Shown here: one piece after another, positions 52,120-62,647 of the stretch
How positions within the stretch are numbered: the stretch's first letter is position 1
Layout: each line of letters opens with the position of its first letter
The notes under the pieces: model-generated
Told to the model about the DNA's origin: nothing
Databases searched by the model: none
What the model saw: the letters and a program-made list of their open reading frames with translations, nothing else
Translations under genes and position numbers: made by a program
NCBI RefSeq assembly: GCF_004010195.1
Contig: NC_057718.1
Coordinates: 102,489,221-102,553,220, forward strand
Reading direction: 5' to 3'
Source: Chiloscyllium plagiosum
Lineage: Eukaryota
DNA: 64,000 bases

Positions 52120-52440
52120 AATTAGAATGCCTAGTGTGGAAACAGGCCCTTCAGCTCAACACAGCCACATCGACCCTCCAAAGAGTAACCCACCCAGACC
52201 ATTCCCCTAACTAATGTACCTAATCTGCAGATCCCGAAACACTTTGGGAAATTTAGCATGGCCAATTCACCTAACCTGCACATCTTTGGACTATGGGAGG
52301 AAACTGTTGCACCTGGAAGAAACCCACGCAGGCACGGGAAAATATGCAAACTGCACACAGACAGTCACCTGAGGTTGGAATTGAACCTGGGTCCCTGTTG
52401 CTGTAAGGCAGCAGTGCTAACCACTGAGCCATCATGCCAC
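52120..52440 (-). mobile_element. HE1 (V-SINE) copy
   Basis: Colinear with the other HE1 copies. Confidence 0.9.
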
Positions 52441-53899
52441 TCCTCCTACATGATCACGTGGGAGGCCATTTGGCACGTTTCCTTTCTGTTTCTCAGGTGG
52501 ATATAAAAAATTCCAGAACACAGTTTCAAAGAAGAGGAGAGTTAATCCTCCTTCAAACTCTCCAACTCTTTCCTTCTTTGAGACACTCCTTAAAACCCTA
52601 CTTCTTTGACAAAACTTTCAGTCATCTGCTGCAGTTTTGCCTTATGTGGATCAGGAATAAAGCTTACTTGATGACTGCTCCTGTGAAACGCCTTTTGTCA
52701 CTTTAAGACTGCTATACAATTGCAAATTATTGATCTGAAGGAGGTCACTGGACCTGAAATATTAATTCTGCTTTGTGTCCACAGGTGTTGCCAGACCTGC
52801 TGGGTTTTCCTAGCAATTTCTGCTTTTGTTGCAAATTATTGCTGTTGTAGATGATCTAGTGTCACAGTGTGGTTGATGGGAGGTGTCTGCGTGCAAATCG
52901 GTTGCTTCATTTCTTACAATGAAGACAAAGAATACTTCAAAGCAGCACTTCATTGGCTCTAAAGTGTCTAGTATGCCTCATAGGGCAATGAAAGACACTG
53001 TACAAATTTGACTTCTTCCTTTCCATAAAAAACTCTCCAAACAAGCTTTTGCACACCTTTGCCCTGCCACATGAATTTCAATGGTTTGGACAGTGGTGGG
53101 TTGGAAATACGTGAGTCAATATTCCTACCTTTAAAAGCACCGTGCCCACGCAAGTTGTGAATCCTGTTCTCTTGGAAGAGGGGCAGAGATAGATAGGTTC
53201 TTGAGTTGCAAGGAGATCATGGGTTACAATGAGAATGGGACTGAGACATTTATCAGCCATAATTGAATGGCAGAGCAGACCCGATGGGCTGAATGGCCTA
53301 ATTTCTGCTCCTATGGCTTATGACCCAAACAGAAAGTAAGAAAAAGGGAGGGAGACTCCACTTGAGCTGCAGTAGGCACATCGACAAACAGGCCACCATG
53401 ACAAAGGGGCTAGTGTTGTTGTTGTAGTGGAACGACATAACGATTCTTTCGAAAATATGATTCGGAGATGACCACCTGATGGAGGAGCAGCGCTCCGAAA
53501 GCTAGCGCTTCCAATTAATCCTGTTGGACTATAATCTGGTGCTGCGTGACTTGTAACTTTCGAAAATAAACCGCCAGAACGGTAACGTTCATTCTAGTTT
53601 TTTTTCCTCTCTCTCCATCGATGCGGAGTTTTTCCAGCAACTTCTGTTCACACTTGGTCGCCGACGGGATGGAGTGGCACGCCCGTCGGGGGCGCGGGGG
53701 TAACGCACGACGTTTGGCCAGCGGGGACGCGCGCGCGGGGGAAAAGCATGACGTAGGCCGCCTGGCCGCGCGCGCGCGACGACGGTCGACGTCGGTCGGC
53801 GAGGGGCAGGGGCAGGGGGGCGCGCGCGCGCGGGGGTAAAGCACGACGCAGAGGCCGCCTGGCCACGTGCGCGATGACGTATTACGTAGGCCGGCGAGG

Positions 53900-54031
53900 G
53901 GCGGGAGACGGAACGCGCTCGGCGTTGGTCGGCGAGGCTGTGGGTGGTGGTGGTGGAGGAGGAGGAGGAGGAGGAGGCGGCGGCGGCGGCGGCGGCACGC
54001 GCGAAACATTGGCGGACGGGGACGTACGTAC
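53900..54031 (+). other. Candidate non-coding first exon (start approximate)
   Basis: Lies just downstream of the promoter motifs and ends at the donor TAC|GTGAGT (GT at 54032). Confidence 0.45.
53943..53996 (+). repeat. Compound trinucleotide repeat (GGT)4(GGA)7(GGC)7
   Basis: Read directly: 18 consecutive GGN triplets. Confidence 0.95.
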
Positions 54032-54419
54032 GTGAGTGAGTGATTGAGTGCGTGCGTTCCCGGATGTGCGGCCGCTCTGTCCTCCTATCCCTCCCCTTGC
54101 GGATTTAGACGGCGGCACCGTGCGCTCAGTTCGGGCTTAGGGCTTTTTAATTCCCTTCCCCTCCCCCCACCACCACCGAAAAACAAACGAGAGGGGAAAA
54201 AAAAAATCTGGGGTTTGGGAGGGGGGTTGGTGGAGAAGAGAGGAAAAACTCGGCTGCGGATCAGGCGTTTTGCAGCAGGAGCGGGCGTTAACAATTTTTT
54301 TGGGGGGGAAAGAACACCATCCTTCTCTCCCATTCCCCTTCCTTTCCCCCCCCGCCCCCTTCCCCCCCTTCAAACCGCCGGTGCTTGGGTAAAAAAAAAC
54401 ATCCAGTCACAACATCCAG

Positions 54420-54475
54420 GTGAAAACGGCGGTTGATCGAAGTCTCTGGAAGCTTCACCTTCGGCGGCCAGGATG
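54420..54475 (+). other. Candidate exon ending in the start codon (start approximate)
   Basis: CCAGGATG|GTGAGC: ATG at 54473-54475 with A at -3, directly followed by a good donor; possible acceptor CATCCAG| at 54419. Confidence 0.4.
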
Positions 54476-56779
54476 GTGAGCGTGCCCTTTTTTTTTCGGG
54501 GTGTGCTGGATGGAGGGTGAGGGGAGGGGGGGTGCGTTTTTATGATCACTTCGCTCGGGTTTGTTTTTATTTGTGTTGTGTGTGTGTCGGCGCTGATCGT
54601 GAATGTAGTGTATTGTCTGAGCTCCTGGGCGGGAGGGCGGCCATCACGGTGCCACCGCCGCAGTGTGGGCCCGGACTCAGCTGGGCGCAGCCTTCGCCTT
54701 TCTCTCTTTCTCTCTGTCCCCCTCTCTGTCTCCCCCGGGCAGTGGCTGGGTTCTCCTGGCCTCGACCCCCCCGCCCTTATCCTGCCGAGCCTCCAGGCCC
54801 TGCCACCTCTCCCCAGTCCTAACCTGGCGCCTCCCTCTTACCTTCTGCAACCAGCTGGCCTTGGCACCCGTTCCCTCGGATCGGCACCATTACATTAAAC
54901 GTTTATTTTATTTCACACCCCGCCCTTTCCCTCATTGAGCTGCAGCTCCGGGGCTGCGTCCCACTCTTGCTTTTACTTGCAAAGCTGACTCTTATTTGCC
55001 AACCCCGTTTCCTTTTTCCTCCTTTATTTATAGGTTGCACATTGACACACTTCAGATGACTTGATGTGTTTTTTTTTCGCTGGCTGCTCGGGGGGAGGGA
55101 GGGGGGAGTGGGGTGGTTTTTAAACTATGTTGTCCTTTTTTGGAACCCTCCACCTGCCTCAACATTACAGGAGCATTAGATGCAAAATCTAACTTTTTTC
55201 CTTGGTAGTTGTAATAAGTAATCATCTTTTTGTTTGGGCTATCCAGGTGGAGTTTGTTTGGTCGCCTTGAGTCAGGGGAATCTTTCGAGCTGTGCATTTT
55301 GTATTTTGAATGCTTGTTATGGATAGTGGAAAACATTTTTAGCTCAGTGTTGAGTTCAAGTTAAGTTTAAAATGGAGGGGAAGGTATTGGCTAGTACTCC
55401 AAAAAGACAAATGTTTTAGTGTAGGACTTGAGAGTGGAGCTGAAATGGTAGCTAACCTGTTGTCCAGTGAGGTATATTATAACTTAAGACTGAAATCAGA
55501 TAACTTATCTATAATAATTTCTAAGTGAAGTGGAATGTGTCAGATGGTGGTGATCTTGAATAGAAAATACTAAAGATGTTCAGTAGATCAATCACCCTTT
55601 CTGGAGAGAACAGAAGTTTCAGAACTTTATACAAAATTGTTTGCCGCAATTGTAAAATTGAGCTTTGTATTAAAGCTTCAGGTATTGGGACTTCTAATCT
55701 GTTTTATCTTGTATGCATAGTTTTAACTTGGCTGACAATTTTTTCAACATGGATTGTTTTGAACTTTATTATAGGGAATAGGTGACAGTTCAGTCCTCTG
55801 GTTTCTAAAATATAAGTTGAATTGTTGGAAACAAATTGCAAAATGGAATAATTTAAGAAATAAGATGGGGTGGCTCTTATTAGAAAGTTGAAATAAAATC
55901 CCCTGAGGAATCTCCCTGATCTTTATTTGGTATAGAAAATTTGTGATGGCATATGATTTCTTTTACTGTTTTTGAAAATGTAGTATGCCATTGTTTTTGA
56001 AATGTTTGAAACTCCACACAGGAGTTGTATAACTTGTCACAATGAACAATTGCTATCAAATAATTCTTAATTTGAAACAAGAGGACTATTTGACAGAAGC
56101 AATCAACTGTTTAAGTTACTGTAAATCAAATTAACTGTTTCAGAAATTTGAGATGTGGCTATGATACATTTGTACATCTATTGGAAAAACAAAATAGCTG
56201 GTGGGAAATTCAAATCAATGCTTCCCTTGGGAAATGTTTCACTATGTTGATGCTTGGGGGAATAGGATCTACCATCACTCCTTGCAACTGTGATCCCATG
56301 AGATGCAGTGTAATGATCCTGCAAGACTTCTCCTAACTAAGAACACCTGATGATTTAACATGTTTAGGTTTCTCTTGTGGATAAGTAAATTTACACCAGT
56401 TAATCACCATCATCTCATAACTCTTGTCTGAGAGTTCAGATACTCCTTTGATACAGGAAACAGGTGAATATTAATTTAAGCCCACGTAGTTAATTTTCCT
56501 CTGTAGCCCATAAGTGCTGACTTAAGCCCTTGAATAGCCAAATTGAAATCACGTACTTGAGGGCTTCGGACGTGGAACCTTCTCTGTGACTCGTGACTGC
56601 ACTGAGCTGCAAATTTATTAACTGTGCTTTGGGATTATGGTTATGCTTGTAATGTTTTTTCAATTTTTGATTTTAAACATGTGCAAAAAGTCTTCAGACA
56701 TGTTACATTTTCTACAACTATTATTTAACTATGTCAAGACATAATGAAATGGCCCAAACCAGTTCCATTAGCAGCTGAA

Positions 56780-57420
56780 CTGGTGTATTTTCCTTTTCTT
56801 TCGACCTCTATCTTTCTGCAGCCATGGACATGGCCTGCCATGCCATCTTTCTCCAATGCTTCTCCTTTGTTTCTAGAGGGTGTCCTTTGGCGTCTTTGAC
56901 AATTGCTCTCTGTTCTCATGCCATTGCCACAGGAGTCTCCCCAGGGATCTAACCTAGATTGCGTCCTCTCCCTTTTGTGTGTACAGCCTATTACCAACGC
57001 CACTTGCAAACATACCCAGGGTCTCCCAGTGTACATGGACAAAATGCAGTTCCATTTCTCTGTCCTGTTGCTGCTGTGCTGTCAGGCTGTATTTCTGATT
57101 CTGGATCAGTGGTGCTGGAAGAGCACAGCAATTCAGGCAGCATCTGACGCGCAGCAAAATCGACGTTTCGGGCAAAAGCCCTTCATCAGGAATAAAGGCA
57201 GAGAGCCTGAAGCATGGAGAGATAAGCTAGAGGAGGGTGGGGAGAAAGTAGACAATAGGTGTCAGGGCAGAGGAGATGACCTGGGAGTTGCAATGGGAGA
57301 GGGACTCCCTGCGATTCTTGTAGAGAGAAGAGGAAAACTTCAAGGTTTCTGATACCCAGTTATGGATGCTGACATTTATTCTGGTTTAAATGTTAACTGA
57401 AACAATTGTCACCCGTCCAA
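56780..57420 (+). mobile_element. Ancient L2 LINE RT fragment, interrupted by a family A Penelope fragment (~57108-57345, -)
   Basis: LYLSAAMDMACHAIFLQCF (LDLSAAFDTVDH), TGVSPGI (GVPQGS), VYMDKMQFH (YADDTQLY). Other L2 3' pieces at ~6520-6660, ~7490-7650, ~23520-23700 and ~52500-52720. Confidence 0.6.
57158..57193 (-). ncRNA. Minimal type I hammerhead ribozyme motif (family A), core intact
   Basis: Minus strand AUUC-CUGAUGA-A-GGGC-UUUU-GCCC-GAAA-CG-UC-GAUU. Confidence 0.75.
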
Positions 57421-58219
57421 ACTTCCCTCTTCCACTCCCTCAAACTTTCTTTGCCACTTCTTTACCACATAGCTACTGTCTTTAGGAACAGGACTTTGTT
57501 TGCAATATGTGATTAATTAGTCACTAAAGTAGAATGAAGTGTTTTTGTTACCAATTTTGTGGGCAAATAATGTGATTATGAAATTCTGAAAAATTGTATA
57601 GACTTTTGGATGATGTATACATTGTTTTCGGTACAACTCTCTGGAGAGCATTTGGTAGGGAATTTATAAAATTGACAGACCCATTACTGGAGAAAGGATA
57701 ACTGCAACCATTTTGCAATCCCTTCTCCGGTAGCTTTTAGGTCAATTTAGTTAATTGAGCATCTGCTGATTTGTCTTGGGACTTGCATTTAAGTAGTGTT
57801 TTTTGTCGCCTTGAGGATTTCTCAAAATGCCTTGCAGCCATTGGGGTACTTGGTGTGGTCTTTGTCATGTTGAAAACCTACACATGCCAAGGTCCCTTAA
57901 GCAGCAACTATACAGTCATACAGCATGGAAATATCCTTCAGTTCAACTCATCCATGCCGACCATGTATCCTAAACTGATCTAGTCCCATTTATCAGCATT
58001 TAACCTATATCCCTCTAAACCACTCCTATTCATTTAACCATCCAGGTGACTATTTAAATGTTGCAATTGTATTTGGCTCCACTACTTCTCTGGCAGCTCG
58101 GTCCATGTATGCACCACTCACTGTGAAATGTTGCCCCTCTGGTTCCTTTTAAAATCTTTCGTGTCTCATCTATGTCCTCTAATTTTGGATTCACCTACCC
58201 TGGGTAAAAGCCTTTTACT

Positions 58220-58828
58220 CAAAGTTTGTGCGAAGATTTGTAGCTCAGAACTGACAGCCAGACTACTGCGACCCCTAGAACTCATAACGGCACACAAACC
58301 AACAGCCACGCTCAGACAACAACTCACCAGAACGAAGGACCCGATACCCAACATGAGCAAAACTAATGTAGTGTACAAAATACCATGCAAGGACTGCACA
58401 AAACACTATATAGGACAAACAGGAAGACAGCTAACAATCCGCATACATGAACATCAACTAGCCACGAAACAACACGAACAGCTATCCTTAGTAGCCAAAC
58501 ACGCAGACAACAAGCAACATGAATTCGACTGGGACAACACTACTATCATAGGGCAAGCCAGACAGAAAACAGCCAGGGAATTCCTAGAGGCATGGCATTC
58601 ATCCACAAACTCCATCAACAAACACATCGACCTGGACCCAATATACCAACCACTAAAGCGGACAGCTGAAACTGACAACCGGAAATGGCAGGGACAGACC
58701 ACTATAAACACCGGAGAAAACATCAAAGAAGTGCTTCGCAGGAGGCCCCCAAGCACTGATGATGTCGCCTAGCCAGGGGACGAAACGTTTGCAACAAAAA
58801 CTTCCAGCTCGGCGAACAGAACCACAAC
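58220..58828 (+). mobile_element. Young 5'-truncated Penelope (Poseidon-like) insertion with an open GIY-YIG domain
   Basis: Uninterrupted frame SELTARLLRPL...NVVYKIPCKDCTKHYIGQTGRQLTIRIHEH...AREFLEAWHS; perfect 11-bp TSD AGCCTTTTACT (58209-58219 / 58829-58839); inverted terminal piece at 58220-58246. Confidence 0.93.
58753..58792 (+). ncRNA. Minimal type I hammerhead ribozyme motif (family C), core intact
   Basis: GCA-CUGAUGA-U-GUCGCC-UAGCCA-GGGGAC-GAAA-CG-UU-UGC: stem I GCA/UGC, stem II with one G-G mismatch, palindromic ACGU stem III. Confidence 0.8.
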
Positions 58829-59061
58829 AGCCTTTTACTATTCACCCTCTCCAAGCTTCTCATGATTTCATAAACTTCTACAAGATCGCCTTGTAGTCAC
58901 TTCAGGGAAACAAACCCGAGCCTATCCAACCTCTTCCCTATACCTCAAACCCACAGGATCATCTTCAACCATTTGAAAGGCTCCGTGAGATCTTTTGTTT
59001 AGCACCCCATCAAATAAAGTTGATAGTCTGGTAGTGCAATATTCCCTCAGCAATATATTGA

Positions 59062-59255
59062 AGGGGTCAGTTAGCTCAGTTGGTTGGGCACCTGGTTTGC
59101 AATGCTGTGTTCCTATCCCATACTGGCTTAGGTCAAAGTGGAGGTCCTGCCTTTTCTATGTCACCCCTAACCTGGGGCCTGGTGATACTTAGGATAAATC
59201 ACCAATTTTGTGTGTCTAATGAAAAAGCTTACTTGGGCTATGGTGACTTTTACCT
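59062..59255 (+). mobile_element. Short tRNA-derived SINE (family unnamed)
   Basis: TAGCTCAGTTGG A-box head; related pieces at ~17170-17280, ~21770-21850 and ~23080-23220 (-) and ~3450-3560 (+). Confidence 0.55.
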
Positions 59256-60094
59256 ATACTGATGTGTCACGTTTGGTGTGTGCTCAAGTTGTGAGGCTTG
59301 AATCTGAAGCCTGCTGATTTGTGTAACGCTAATATTGGAACTCGGTATGAAGAATTATTTACTTTATTAAAAAATTGGAAACAAGATGCTACAGTTTTAA
59401 TTTGCAGTTATCCTAAATCTTCCTAGTATCTCTGACTAGGCTTGGCCCACTATCTAGCAATTCATGTACGTTTTAAGTGATTGACATTGGGCAGCAGTGC
59501 CTACATTTTTTTTTGAGTAGATAGTCAGGTTTTGGGGAAATGCAGCTTTCTGAGAAAGTTGAAATTGTCATGTCTTTTCCTTCCATTCGTTACAATATTT
59601 CCTGTATTTTCCTTTAAATAAATGTATTTATTACTTGTTGGGTGGTGGTGTTTACAAAGCTATATTAGGTAACATTCAGGAATTATCTTGGAGGCAATTT
59701 TGGTGGTATAAGTAGTAAAGTAAAACTAGAATTGGAGCTTATGATGCATGTTTTGAAGTACTCATCGTTGATTTAGTGATTGATTCATTTCCAGAAAAGA
59801 GTTGAATTTCCTTTTGTTTAACTTTGTTCTTTCCTGGGTTCTAACTAGTGAATTGTCTCCAGCATTTTCAGTCCTCTTTTTAGTCCTTTTTGGTTTTGGC
59901 TTCTTTGAATAGAATCCAGCTGTTTCAAAATGTTACTTGCTCTAAAGGATAGATAGATAAGAATTTCTGCTGAATCTTTATTTGTGTTTGCAAAGAAATC
60001 AATTGAGATGTAGAGGTTTTAAAATGTAGAATTTCATTAAAATAAATTGAACTCTAGGTTTACTTTTCAGTACAAGTAGAAGTCTCTTAGATAA

Positions 60095-60368
60095 GTATGG
60101 AAACAGGCCCTTTGACCCAACAAGTCCGCACCAACCCTCCGAAGAGTAACCCACCCAGACCCATGCCCGCACCCTATATTTACCGCTGATTAATGCTCCT
60201 AACAGTATGGACAATTGAGCATGGCCAATTAACCTGACCTACACATTTGCATTGTGGGAGGAAATCCACACAGACATGGGGAGAATGTGCAAACTCCACA
60301 CTCCTGAGGCAGAATTGAACCCAGGTTACTGGTGCTGTTCATCAGCAGTGCTAACCAGAGCCATACCC
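60095..60368 (-). mobile_element. HE1 (V-SINE) copy with small deletions
   Basis: Colinear with the other HE1 copies. Confidence 0.85.
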
Positions 60369-62647
60369 TTTTGGTATACAGCCATTGTTTATATGATCCT
60401 TTTCTAGTTTTTTTTGTTCTGAGCAGGGACTGAGTACATAATTTATTTTTTAAAAACTTTAAACACCATATTGAGAGATTGGCAACCATACAGAAATAGT
60501 CTCTCATGAGAGACTATCTACATGGAATAACAAAACACCTGTAGTCTGATTTACACTAGATCTGCAAAACTAGATTTTAAATAATTGAGATGCACGTTTT
60601 GTAAAACTATGGGAGGATAAAGAGTTTTCAACATAACTTCCAAATGATTTTTATTTTTAAACACAAATTTGTAAGCCACCTGTCTGTCAAAACCAGATGT
60701 GTAAATGCATTCAAGTGGCAGTTTTGAATTATAGAATTTCAGTAAATACAGTCTTTCCAAATGAGACCCCATACGTTTTTAACTTTTGAATAAAGGTGAA
60801 GATTATCTACTGTATTTTGCAGCCAATGAGATGCTCTTTGAAGTGTGGTTGTTGTAAAATTGGGAAACTCTATTGGCAAGTCTTCACTGTCAACAAATAT
60901 GTTTATAATAGCCTAATCTGTTGGTTTACAATACTGATGTTTTTCTGAGGGTGGCATTGAGCAGGCATCAAATGAACTTCTACAGTTGCTGATGTGCTGA
61001 GACATAGTTCTGCAGCTGCCAACTGTCCAGTAGATGCTCTTGCTAAAATTTTCGTTTCAGATTCATGCTGGTTGTTGAATGGTGGGGTTGCTTTTGGAAT
61101 ATCAATGAAACTTTGCATTTATAGAAAGCACAAAGAGCACGTTCAGTTGGCGGTGATCGAAGCACTATGATTAATGCAGGCAATGTTCAAAAAGTGTACA
61201 GATTTTCTGTCCTTGTTTCCCAGGACTGGGTCCTTTATATTTTTGCCCAGGTGAGATCTGATGGCTCAGCACAAACCAAAATTTAACACTAGGACCTTTC
61301 TTTGTCATCGGTGTTGAATTAAGCCATACAATCAGTCAATTGAATTAAAATATTTTAGTTCCTATCTTGAAGAATTTGGTTCTTTTTTAATCACTTGCAA
61401 ATACTTTTCAGGTAGTGGTTAGTACTTGGTGGATGGGTTGAATGGAATCTAATGATTTGGGTATGAGATGCTCTGGCAGTACACCTTTTTATTCTGAGTT
61501 GAGTAAGATAGTTAAGAAATTTGAGATTCTTGTTGGTAACAGCAGAGCCCTTATTTTCTTTTTTGAGTGCATGTTGAGAATTTTATCTGTAGTTGGATGT
61601 AAGTTGGGAACCCAGATTGTTCAATTCTCTTCACAATTTTTTTAAGAAAGATTAGTTAAGTTTAAACATTGATATTCATGTGCAGGGCCTGCTGTCTTGG
61701 GGGCTGGAAACATAAGCAACTGAAGGTATTTTATTCTTTGGATAACAGTGTCAAAACATCTAAAACTGATGTTAAGCAGACCATTAAGGTTTTCCCCTTG
61801 AAATCTGAAAACCTTTTTGGCACTCAGTCAGTAGCTTGACATATAATTAAGTTTAGTGACTAAATTTGTGAATAAATCTGCATTACTTTGCTTTTCATTC
61901 AAACTTTTGCAGATATGTGGGCATCCTTCACTGTTTTGTAACTGAACCTTTCTTTTGCAGTGATAGCGTTAAACATGTTTAACATAGTATTTTTCATCAA
62001 TTTTTAGAGTTTTATCTGCAGTCAGTGTCTTTCCCTCTACTTCTCTCTACACTCTTGCACTGTCCCTTCCATTCTGCCACATAATTGGCACTTAATGAAG
62101 AGTATACGTCAGTTATTGCATACGAGGTTAGTAGTTATTTTGCAATGGAACAATTGTGCTTTTCTTGCTGACCACGTTCGTTTTGTCAAAACCCTCTTTT
62201 CTTTCCCCCACAAAATAAAGAAATGATCTTCACAACATATCCATATATCTGCAGCAAAATAGTAACTTTACATGCAGCCTTCATTCAGAAGGACAAAAAT
62301 CTTATCACTTGTACCATTGGTTGTTTTATAAAGTTCAGGGAGGCAAAATTTAAACTTTCGTTCCTGTGTCAATGCACATCCACTGGAATTCAGTAAATGG
62401 CAATTTTATCGTTGCTGTTTGTTGTTGGCATCACTTCAGCTAGATGTAATGTTAATATATTTATACTGTTGACAAGAAATTTCTGCTACCATCATAAAAT
62501 AATGAGATGATTATCTTTCCAGGGCTCATACTGTTAACATCTAACAATTCATATAGCTAGTTCAAATTCAAGTTGTTTGCTCCTAACCCTTGCCAAAACA
62601 AAGCCCTCATTAATTCACAACTTGAAAGAAAGGATATGGTGTCAGCT

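Larger units (their letters stand above)
53440..54960 (+). promoter_or_regulatory. CpG island; probable promoter and 5' end of an unidentified host gene
   Basis: Only CpG-dense stretch in an otherwise CpG-depleted window; CRE/ATF-like ATGACGTA at 53748 and 53874, E-box CACGTG at 53864, GC-box GGGGCGGG at 53898; + strand splice donors at 54032 and 54476; T-rich, repeat-poorer sequence follows. Confidence 0.9.
57905..58950 (-). mobile_element. CR1-type LINE 3' fragment hosting a Penelope insertion
   Basis: Colinear with 934-1400 once 58220-58828 is removed. Confidence 0.85.

Noticed and set aside
53515..54938. Cluster of Pro/Arg/Gly-rich ORFs
   Set aside because: Expected by-product of stop-codon scarcity in a CpG island; no recognisable protein
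1980..57345. Recurring ~110-nt repeat as CRISPR-like array or DNA-transposon TIRs
   Set aside because: Copies are dispersed, eukaryotic and contiguous with Penelope coding sequence at 28228-28632 and 37879-38985; TSD lengths are long and variable
58128..58772. 214-aa ORF as a host nuclease gene
   Set aside because: The N-terminus is antisense CR1 and the rest is the GIY-YIG domain of a TSD-flanked Penelope insertion
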